From Candidatus Zixiibacteriota bacterium (GTDB taxonomy: Bacteria > Zixibacteria > MSB-5A5 > GN15 > JAAZOE01), in NCBI GenBank assembly GCA_043819555.1, contig JBDREQ010000073.1, positions 32,001 through 96,000 on the forward strand: a stretch of 64,000 bases of DNA, given 5' to 3'. A program made the position numbers and the translations under genes. The notes under the pieces are model-generated. The model was not told the DNA's origin. It made no database searches and worked only from the letters and a program-made list of their open reading frames with translations. Of this stretch, positions 49,716 to 56,817 are shown in pieces. Position 1 is the stretch's first letter; each line of letters starts with the position of its first letter.

Positions 49716-50504
49716 ATGCATAAAGAATATAAAACAGTCAAAGTCAAAATAGATGGTCCAGTCGCACGGGTAAGTTTCTGCCGCCCCGAAGTCCACAACG
49801 CTTTCAATGACGTTCTCATTTATGAGATGACCGATCTTTTTGAATCGCTCAAAAAAGTTAAAGGCTTACGAGTAGTAGTATTAACCGGCGAAGGAAAATC
49901 ATTTTGCGCCGGGGCAGATTTGAACTGGATGCGCCGCGTCAAAGATTATAGCTATGAGAAAAACCTCGAAGAATCTCTGGCTCTGGCTGATTTGTTTTAT
50001 CTGATTTATACCATGCCCTTGCCGGTCATCGGACGCATCAACGGAGCGGCCATTGGCGGAGGAACGGGATTTGTCTCGGTATGCGATATATCGGTCGCTG
50101 CCGAATCGGCCAGGTTTTCATTCTCCGAAGTAAAAATCGGAATCGTTCCGGCATGTATCGGGCCCTATGTTATCAAGAAGCTGGGTGAAGGAAAGGCTCG
50201 TGAATTTTTCATCTCGGGTGAGAGATTGACCGCCGCTGATGCATATCGCATTGGGTTGGTTAACCGATACTATCCCGACGACAAACTCGATGAAGAAATT
50301 GACAAATTGATAAATACGCTTCTGTCATCCGGGCCGAATGCCATCACGATGGCCAAAGAACTTGTTTCCAGTGTCCCCGGTATGAAACCCCACGAATTCA
50401 AATCGTATACGGCTGAGATGATTGCCAAATTGCGCTTGTCTGACGAGGGACAGGAAGGGATGGATGCCTTTTTAAATAAACGCAAACCGAACTGGGTAAA
50501 ATAA
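49716..50504 (+). CDS. liuC: Enoyl-CoA hydratase family, probable methylglutaconyl-CoA hydratase
   Basis: RPEVHNAFN, FCAGADLNWM, AIGGGTG, FSEVKIG..PA.IGPYV, EGQEGM.AFL.KRKP.W; lies between the MCC subunits. Confidence 0.85.
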   Translation: MHKEYKTVKVKIDGPVARVSFCRPEVHNAFNDVLIYEMTDLFESLKKVKGLRVVVLTGEGKSFCAGADLNWMRRVKDYSYEKNLEESLALADLFYLIYTMPLPVIGRINGAAIGGGTGFVSVCDISVAAESARFSFSEVKIGIVPACIGPYVIKKLGEGKAREFFISGERLTAADAYRIGLVNRYYPDDKLDEEIDKLINTLLSSGPNAITMAKELVSSVPGMKPHEFKSYTAEMIAKLRLSDEGQEGMDAFLNKRKPNWVK

Positions 50505-52027
50505 TGAAGATGCCAAAACTGTTTAATAAAGTTCTTGTCGCTAATCGGGGCGAGATTGCCGTGCGCGTGCTTCGCGCCTGCAAAACGCTCGATATAAAAA
50601 CCGTCGCGGTTTATTCCACTGCCGATAAATACGCCGTTCATACATTGATGGCCGACGAAGCTTACGAAATCGGCCCTCCTCCGCCTTTGGAATCGTATCT
50701 TAATATCGATAAAATTATCGAAGCCGCCAAATTATCCGGAGCCGACGCCATTCATCCCGGGTATGGTTTCCTCGCTGAAAATTCCAATTTTGCCCAAGCT
50801 TGCATTGATAATAAAATTGCATTTATTGGCCCTCCGCCGGATGCTATTTTACTTATGGGCAACAAAGTCGAATCACGAAAGAAAATGGCCGGGGCGGGAA
50901 TACCTTTGATCCCCGGCATGAAAGGCGCCGGTAAAAGTCTCGATGAATTCAATAAAGTCGCCGATGAAGCTGGGTATCCGGTCTTAATCAAAGCCGCTGC
51001 CGGCGGTGGAGGAAAGGGGATGCGGATTGTCAAAGATCCATCTGAACTTGAAACTGCCGTCGAGGGCGCCAAGCGCGAAGCCAAATCTGCATTCGGAGAT
51101 GATACCGTTTATCTCGAAAAATATATTGTTGATCCGCGCCACATCGAGTTTCAGGTTTTTGCTGATTCGTATGGCAATGCTGTTCATGTATTCGAGCGGG
51201 AATGCTCGATTCAGCGGCGGCACCAAAAGATTGTCGAAGAAACCCCGTCGGTTGCCGTCACGCCTGAGCTTCGCAAGAAGATGGGGGAGGCCGCTGTCGC
51301 CGTCACCAAAGCCTGCGGTTATGTCAATGCCGGGACAGTTGAATTCTTGCTCGATAAAAGCGGCAAGTTTTATTTTCTTGAAATGAACACCCGCATTCAG
51401 GTCGAGCATCCAGTCACCGAAGAAGTCGCCGGAGTCGATCTGGTCGCCGAACAGATTAAAGTTGCGTCGGGATTTCCGCTTTCGGATAAATTCAATAATC
51501 TGACGCAGCGGGGCCATTCTATCGAATGCCGTATCTATGCCGAAGATGCCGGGAATAATTTCATGCCCTCGATTGGAAAAATACTTTTGTATCGCGAACC
51601 GACCGGGCCGGGGGTGCGGGTTGATTCGGGCGTCCGGCAGGACAGCGAAATCGGAATCGACTACGACCCGATTATGGCCAAGCTGATTGTCTGGGGCGAA
51701 GACCGCGATATGGCTATTGCCCGAATGGTAAAGGCCCTGAAAGAATACAAGATATTAGGCATAAAGCATTCCATTAGATATCTTGCGGATATTGTTGCGC
51801 ACGCGATATATAAGTCCAGTGAGACTTATACCGATTTTATTGATAAGAACTTCGCCGACTGGTCAGACGACGGCGATAATTGTATCGAAATGGCTCTTGC
51901 AGCTGCGGCTGTGATTAACGCCAACGGCGGGCAAAAAGCTGGTTTTGGGAATAATCAGCAAAGAGCCAAAGCATACAACCCCTGGCTTACAATGGGACCC
52001 TGGCGTTTGGGAGAGAAGATAAAGTGA
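50504..52027 (+). CDS. Biotin carboxylase subunit (MCC alpha-like) lacking the biotinyl domain
   Basis: LVANRGEIA, HPGYGFLAEN, GGGGKGMR, RECSIQRRHQK, EMNTRIQVEH, YDPIMAK; ends NPW..GPWR with no MKM motif. Confidence 0.9.
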   Translation: MKMPKLFNKVLVANRGEIAVRVLRACKTLDIKTVAVYSTADKYAVHTLMADEAYEIGPPPPLESYLNIDKIIEAAKLSGADAIHPGYGFLAENSNFAQACIDNKIAFIGPPPDAILLMGNKVESRKKMAGAGIPLIPGMKGAGKSLDEFNKVADEAGYPVLIKAAAGGGGKGMRIVKDPSELETAVEGAKREAKSAFGDDTVYLEKYIVDPRHIEFQVFADSYGNAVHVFERECSIQRRHQKIVEETPSVAVTPELRKKMGEAAVAVTKACGYVNAGTVEFLLDKSGKFYFLEMNTRIQVEHPVTEEVAGVDLVAEQIKVASGFPLSDKFNNLTQRGHSIECRIYAEDAGNNFMPSIGKILLYREPTGPGVRVDSGVRQDSEIGIDYDPIMAKLIVWGEDRDMAIARMVKALKEYKILGIKHSIRYLADIVAHAIYKSSETYTDFIDKNFADWSDDGDNCIEMALAAAAVINANGGQKAGFGNNQQRAKAYNPWLTMGPWRLGEKIK

Positions 52028-52644
52028 GGCGGGCACCAAATCTATTAATTCTGTTGGCGATATCTATTCTTTATACGCCTGTATTTGGTTCAGATTCGCT
52101 GTTTAATTCCTTTAGAGAAAAACTATTGCCGGGATTCAACGAAGTACATTTAACAGATAAATCGAATGGAAAAATCGATTTCGTTAAGTCCCACCAAAAA
52201 AGCAAAGAGGGAATTTATATTGAAGATTATGGTGGTAAACTATATATACATATCTTGATACAGAAATATACTTGCGCGGATTCTATAGTCTGTGATTCAG
52301 TTGCAAAGTCGTTAATGAATTTATTTTTCTATCCCTTAGAATTAGATTATTTAAGGGAGAATGGCGGGCTACATATGAATAAATATGGTCCATTTATTGT
52401 GATAAAGGATGGTCTTGAAGTTTATGCCATTGATGCCAGGTGTGAAGATTGGTATGAAAGGGATTGGAATCGCTTTACTTACTATTTATTAAAAGATGCA
52501 CCGATTAAAGATAATCAAGAAGTGTTTATTGGCTATTGCGGGGATCGAATAGATATTTTGACGGAAGACTACTTCAAAGATTTTAGGAATGAAAAAATTA
52601 TAGATTTGGAAAGCGCGATTGAATTAAAGAAGAGTCATAATTGA
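52024..52644 (+). CDS. Hypothetical secreted protein (AT-rich orphan)
   Basis: Overlaps the biotin carboxylase stop (GTGA); signal peptide; no recognisable motif. Confidence 0.6.
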   Translation: MRRAPNLLILLAISILYTPVFGSDSLFNSFREKLLPGFNEVHLTDKSNGKIDFVKSHQKSKEGIYIEDYGGKLYIHILIQKYTCADSIVCDSVAKSLMNLFFYPLELDYLRENGGLHMNKYGPFIVIKDGLEVYAIDARCEDWYERDWNRFTYYLLKDAPIKDNQEVFIGYCGDRIDILTEDYFKDFRNEKIIDLESAIELKKSHN

Positions 52645-52733
52645 GTCATTCCCGAGAGTGATTCCGCTTGAGCGGGAGAATGAGTCGGGAATCCAGAAAT
52701 TTAATAGACTGGACTTCCCTTCGCGGGAGTGAC
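52645..52733. repeat. GTCATTCCCG...GGGAGTGAC palindromic element (dRS3/CGTC-like)
   Basis: GTCATTCCCGA...TCGGGAATCCAG...CTGGACTTCCC..GCGGGAGTGAC, starting immediately after the stop codon. Confidence 0.7.
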
Positions 52734-52828
52734 AGTGTTAGTAGAGTGGGAGTGGCAATAGGCTGGATAGATAGTTGGCATTAAGATTAGAAATAGTAAG
52801 TCTTAAACTGCTGTAGTTTCGAAAAATC

Positions 52829-52858
52829 AAAGGGAAGGAGCCTATCAGACTATTGCCA
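52829..52858 (+). repeat. Degenerate copy of the RAYT-associated REP
   Basis: AA-AGGGAAGGAGCCT-ATCAGACTATTGCCA versus consensus GTAGGGAAGGAGCCYNAAGGGCTCCTGCCA. Confidence 0.55.
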
Positions 52859-52884
52859 AAATTAGTTACAATAAAACGATAGTC

Positions 52885-52954
52885 AAAAACAGGCCTTCGC
52901 CTGTTCCCCTCTTGAGAGTGGTGGCTCCCGCGAAGCGGGAGACGGGGTGTGTTA
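52885..52954. repeat. Dispersed TTCCCCTCTTGAGA...GGGGTGTGTTA repeat, copy 2
   Basis: Matches 37455-37514. Confidence 0.75.
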
Positions 52955-53009
52955 AGAAAATTTAATTTGGGTAGCCCACAGCTTGCTGTGGGAAAAGTGG
53001 AGTGCAAAA

Positions 53010-53501
53010 GTGATTTACGAATTCATACATAACGGCGAAACCAAAACAGTCGAACTTAAAGACGGCAACAAAGCTGTTTTCGCCGATTCACAAAATATAA
53101 TCGATATTAATTATACTCCAGACGGACGGATATTCGTAAACAACGCCGGGGCGTCAAAAGAAATCTTTGCCGTCACATCCGGCGATAAAACCTTTGTCGA
53201 TATCGACGGGACGCTTTTCGAATTTGCGATACCATCCGAAGAAAACGGAATCGGGGGCGCCGGGGGAGGGCTTTCAGATCCTACCAAAGTATTCGCTCCA
53301 ATGCCTGGCAAAGTCGTCAAAGTGTTAGTCGAAGTCGGCGATGAGGTCAACGAAAAAGACCAGCTCATCATCGTCGAGGCTATGAAGATGGAGCATATCT
53401 GCATCGCCCGAGCCAAAGCCAAAGTTTTCGCCATTAATTATTCCACCGGCGACCAGGTTGACACCGAAACGCCATTGATTGAATTGGAATTGGTGGAGTA
53501 A
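53010..53501 (+). CDS. Biotin carboxyl carrier subunit (BT-like plus biotinyl domain)
   Basis: Likely GTG at 53010 after GGAG; APMPGKVVKV.V..GD, EAMKME. Confidence 0.9.
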   Translation: MIYEFIHNGETKTVELKDGNKAVFADSQNIIDINYTPDGRIFVNNAGASKEIFAVTSGDKTFVDIDGTLFEFAIPSEENGIGGAGGGLSDPTKVFAPMPGKVVKVLVEVGDEVNEKDQLIIVEAMKMEHICIARAKAKVFAINYSTGDQVDTETPLIELELVE

Positions 53502-53508
53502 TATCTTT

Positions 53509-53586
53509 GTAGGGAAGGAGCCCAAAGGGCTCCTGCCAATTGGTGCGATGATTATTGTAGGGAAGGAGCCTGAAGGGCTCCTGCCA
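53509..53586 (+). repeat. Two GTAG REP hairpins 5' of RAYT
   Basis: GTAGGGAAGGAGCCCAAAGGGCTCCTGCCA (53509-53538) and GTAGGGAAGGAGCCTGAAGGGCTCCTGCCA (53557-53586). Confidence 0.92.
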
Positions 53587-53591
53587 TTTTA

Positions 53592-54089
53592 ATGTCAAAA
53601 CTCAAACGATACTCATCATTATCAAAAATATATTTCATAACAAACGTCACTTACAATCGAGCACCGATATTAATAGATTCATTTTCGATATTATGGGAGG
53701 CGTTCACCCGCACAAATCAAAAATATGATTTTGATTTGATAGCATGGAGCATCTTACCGGATCATTTTCATGTTTTAATAGATTCAAAAGAGGCGAATAT
53801 TTCAAAAATCATGCAATCAATTAAAATGAGTTTCGGCGAAATGTACCGACGCCGGATGAGTTTATCATCGGGCCAAGTGTGGCAGAGACGATTTTGGGAT
53901 CACATAATTAGAAATCAGGAAGATTTTAATAGACATTTGGATTATATCCATTATAATCCTGTTAAACATGGTTATATTGATGCGCCGTTAACGTGGGAAT
54001 ATTCCTCGATTCAGAAATATAAATCATATTATCCGCCGGATTGGGGAGTGTTCGAAGATTTACAGTTCGAAGATAATTTTGGAGAATAA
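53592..54089 (+). mobile_element. rayT: REP-associated tyrosine transposase (RAYT/TnpA-REP, HUH Y1 family)
   Basis: YFITNVTYNR, ILPDHFH (HUH), VWQRRFWDHIIRN..DF..HLDYIHYNPVKHG, WEYSS; flanked by inverted REPs; no tnpB nearby. Confidence 0.92.
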
Positions 54090-54100
54090 ATTTGGGGAGA

Positions 54101-54130
54101 TGGCAGGAGCCCTTTGGGCTCCTTCCCTAC
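54101..54130 (-). repeat. Inverted GTAG REP 3' of RAYT
   Basis: Exact reverse complement of 53509-53538. Confidence 0.95.
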
Positions 54131-54140
54131 AAGAAAATAA

Positions 54141-54599
54141 ATGAGGTACAAAATGAACATAGCAAAAGAGGATATTAAGAGGCTATTTGTCAAGGAAGTC
54201 CCGTTTTGGTGGGTGATTTTATCATCAGTGATTGTGCTTTTATTGGGAACAGGTGCTATTTGGAAATATAAGGAAATGGAAATATCAAAACAAAACATTA
54301 AATTATCAAAAGCCGAAAACGCTATAAAACTACATAAAGAAATCGTTGAAATTTATAATGAGTTAATATTAATGATAAATGAAAACAATAAATTGGAAAA
54401 ACTATATTCGGCAAATAAAGGAACTCAACACGAAGAGAATTATCGCCAGCAATCAGCCAAATTAGATGCTCTTAGAGATGCATTTTATGCAATAGAAAAT
54501 TACCTGGCGCAAATTGAAGAACGAGAGCCAAGAAATTTCAACCTCAGCGATGATTGGATTTATCCAGCAAAAATTACGAACTTGGAGGTAATTAATTAA
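54141..54599 (+). CDS. Hypothetical single-TM coiled-coil protein (AT-rich orphan)
   Basis: One TM (FWWVILSSVIVLLLGTGAIW) then a helical domain; bracketed by REPs at 54101 and 54609. Confidence 0.65.
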   Translation: MRYKMNIAKEDIKRLFVKEVPFWWVILSSVIVLLLGTGAIWKYKEMEISKQNIKLSKAENAIKLHKEIVEIYNELILMINENNKLEKLYSANKGTQHEENYRQQSAKLDALRDAFYAIENYLAQIEEREPRNFNLSDDWIYPAKITNLEVIN

Positions 54600-54608
54600 A
54601 ATTATTTT

Positions 54609-54638
54609 GTAGGGAAGGAGCCTGAAAGGCTCCTTCCA
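54609..54638 (+). repeat. GTAG REP hairpin
   Basis: GTAG-GGAAGGAGCCT-GAA-AGGCTCCTTCC-A, perfect 11-bp stem. Confidence 0.9.
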
Positions 54639-54663
54639 AAAAATTAATCGTAAGAATTAATCC

Positions 54664-55119
54664 CTACTCTTTCGGCCCGTCGGTGCCGGTGTCGAAAACG
54701 TATTTCCAGCTTCCATCATCCTGTCGTTTCCAGATAGTCACGTAGTATCCGGTGGCCTTATTTTCTGTTGCGGTTGTATCGGTTACACAATAAGTCCAGC
54801 TCCCAATCGTATAACCCAAGTCACCCGACGCGGCAATATCGGCGAAAATTGCTTCCCAGGTCAAACTGGCGTTGTCCGGAAGAGATTCATAAAGTTTCAT
54901 AATCGCTTCGCGTCCTTTTAACGGATGACTGCCGTCGCTCAAAACTGTCGCACTGTCGGCCATATAATGATTGAAAGCAAAGGCGATTCCACTGTCGGCC
55001 GACATCTGGGAAAATTCTCTGTCAACAATTATTAGCTGTTCTTTGTCCGCCATTTTCTTATCACCGGCGAAACCGACAGTTGCGATCAAAACCAAAATTA
55101 AGACAGACAAGTATTTCAT
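54664..55119 (-). CDS. Secreted NTF2/SnoaL-like (DUF4440) protein
   Basis: Likely ATG at 55119; signal peptide; KGREAI, SGDLGYTIG, YVTIWKRQDDGSWK. Confidence 0.85.
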   Translation of the reverse strand: MKYLSVLILVLIATVGFAGDKKMADKEQLIIVDREFSQMSADSGIAFAFNHYMADSATVLSDGSHPLKGREAIMKLYESLPDNASLTWEAIFADIAASGDLGYTIGSWTYCVTDTTATENKATGYYVTIWKRQDDGSWKYVFDTGTDGPKE

Positions 55120-55237
55120 ATGTTGCCCCTTTAAAATAAATTTGAATTTTGCCTTATGGCATATTTGTATTATGTATAAAATACGATGAAATTTCATGAG
55201 AAATCAAGATTTATTCAGGATTGAGCAAAAACAGTAA

Positions 55238-55284
55238 ATGCAATTATCCATCAAATCCGATGCAATTTCTGAAATCATCCGCAT
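55238..55284. repeat. 47-bp dispersed repeat, copy 2
   Basis: 40/47 identical to 37338-37384. Confidence 0.75.
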
Positions 55285-55321
55285 TTATAGAATGAATTTT
55301 ATTTTCAGACAAAATTCAACC

Positions 55322-55371
55322 GTAGGGGCTCGTCGCGACGAGCCCGCGGGTTGCTCGCGAGCGACCCCTAC
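55322..55371. repeat. GTAG...CTAC REP doublet
   Basis: GTAGGGGCTCGTCGCGACGAGCCCGCGGGTTGCTCGCGAGCGACCCCTAC. Confidence 0.75.
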
Positions 55372-55527
55372 AGAGGAATTCTATGACTATTTTCGTAATC
55401 ACCACCGATTTGATATGACCAAAAAGTATCTATTTATAAAACGAACCCATTTTGCCTTCGATTTTATTGAATAAAATGACCCCGGAAACTATATATTATG
55501 CAAATATCCTCAGTAAAGGAGGGCCCA

Positions 55528-55782
55528 ATGATATACGAAGGAATTTATACGCTCCAGATAAATCAGCGCATAAAAATGAAAACCGGATGGTTTCGCCGAG
55601 ACGATTTGATTTTTGCCGGGATGCCAAACGAGCATACCTATTCTTTGGTGATAACCTGGTCGAGCTCTCACAATTCGATGGCCTATAACCTGTTTGTGCC
55701 AATCACCCAGAAAGAAATCGTAAACGATTACGCCACAATTTATGTCAGAAGAGGTCACCAAATTCGATTGAATTGGAGTTGA
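55528..55782 (+). CDS. Hypothetical small protein (84 aa)
   Basis: ATG at 55528 with strong SD AAGGAGG; beta-rich sequence; no family recognised. Confidence 0.6.
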   Translation: MIYEGIYTLQINQRIKMKTGWFRRDDLIFAGMPNEHTYSLVITWSSSHNSMAYNLFVPITQKEIVNDYATIYVRRGHQIRLNWS

Positions 55783-55887
55783 AAAGGACATAGATATGAA
55801 ATTGAGTGATGGTTAAAAAAGCTCTCCCAAATTTGCCGGGAACCAAACTTTCCATCGTTTGTAAAATAATTATTCGAAGGAGGAGGT

Positions 55888-56343
55888 TTGCGGCGGTTTT
55901 CTGCGACATTTGCTTTAATATTCTTCATGTTTTTTATATTCGTCGACGATGCGGTCACATGTGTTTTAATGCCAATACCGGACGAGTGTCTTGAGGTTTT
56001 TGAGGGTTGTGATAATATATTTGTTCTGGATGCCGAGCCGACTTGCGTTATTGTCGTTTCCGGATGCGGAGGTTGTTCTCCACCGACTGCGTTAGTTCCC
56101 GATCTTGATCCGGACTATCCTCACGAAATCCTGGAGAATAGCAAATGTAAAGGTTGCAGTTTCATACCGCTGGAAACTCGCCCCGTCATCGTTGAATTTC
56201 GAATCTTTCAATACCAGCATGAGAATTCAATTGCCCTGCCGGATGAAATATGCCAGGCAGATATTTCCGGCAAATTCAATGACTATAAATCAACTTTTCA
56301 GGGGATTCATCTCTCGATTCCAAGCACAGTTCTCAGGTGCTGA
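55888..56343 (+). CDS. Cys-rich exported protein with CxxC motifs (DUF2946/leader-like architecture)
   Basis: TTG after AAGGAGGAGG; hydrophobic N-terminus; CGGC and CKGC; C-terminal IHLSIPSTVLRC. Confidence 0.6.
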   Translation: MRRFSATFALIFFMFFIFVDDAVTCVLMPIPDECLEVFEGCDNIFVLDAEPTCVIVVSGCGGCSPPTALVPDLDPDYPHEILENSKCKGCSFIPLETRPVIVEFRIFQYQHENSIALPDEICQADISGKFNDYKSTFQGIHLSIPSTVLRC

Positions 56344-56422
56344 TTTTCAGCAATAGCCATGAACTCGCGTGGCCCAAAATTTCTAACCTTGAAAGAACAT
56401 TTTGAATTGAGGATTAAATACT

Positions 56423-56668
56423 ATGAATAAGCATCCAATCTTTGCCGTTTTGGCAATAGCGATTGCGCTAATATTTGCAGGTTCGGTACTAGCCGGTTTT
56501 TCACCGCTTTCACAAAACTCAACGGTGGAATATGGTGAAAGCTCGAATCCGGAATGCTGCCCTGAAGGCGCAATATGTATTCCCATTGAGGAGTGCACTC
56601 CCGAGATGATGGAGAATTGTATCATAATACAATGTTCTCCAGGTGGTCCGGGTTGCTGCGGCAAATAA
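56423..56668 (+). CDS. Small secreted Cys-rich peptide (8 Cys)
   Basis: SD GAGG; signal peptide ending VLA; ECCPEGAICIPIEECTPEMMENCIIIQCSPGGPGCCGK. Confidence 0.7.
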   Translation: MNKHPIFAVLAIAIALIFAGSVLAGFSPLSQNSTVEYGESSNPECCPEGAICIPIEECTPEMMENCIIIQCSPGGPGCCGK

Positions 56669-56698
56669 TTATCGCTGATTACTTAGTATGTAGAAGAT

Positions 56699-56728
56699 AC
56701 AGGGGCTTTTTAAGCCCCTGTTTTTTTT
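56699..56728 (+). terminator. Intrinsic terminator
   Basis: ACAGGGGCT-TTTTA-AGCCCCTGT followed by a T run. Confidence 0.85.
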
Positions 56729-56817
56729 CATTGCATCCCCCGGATGAACAATACTAATTTGTCGCATTAGAGTAATTTATTAATGTACTATTGAGGATGT
56801 TAATCCGGGGAAATGAA

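Noticed and set aside
53592..54089. IS200/IS605 insertion sequence
   Set aside because: No tnpB; the WQRRFWDH and YIHYNPVKHG motifs and flanking GTAG REPs indicate RAYT.
52024..56668. Classical integron cassette array
   Set aside because: No tyrosine-recombinase integrase in the window, no convincing attC cores (RYYYAAC...GTTRRRY) seen, and one gene is inverted.
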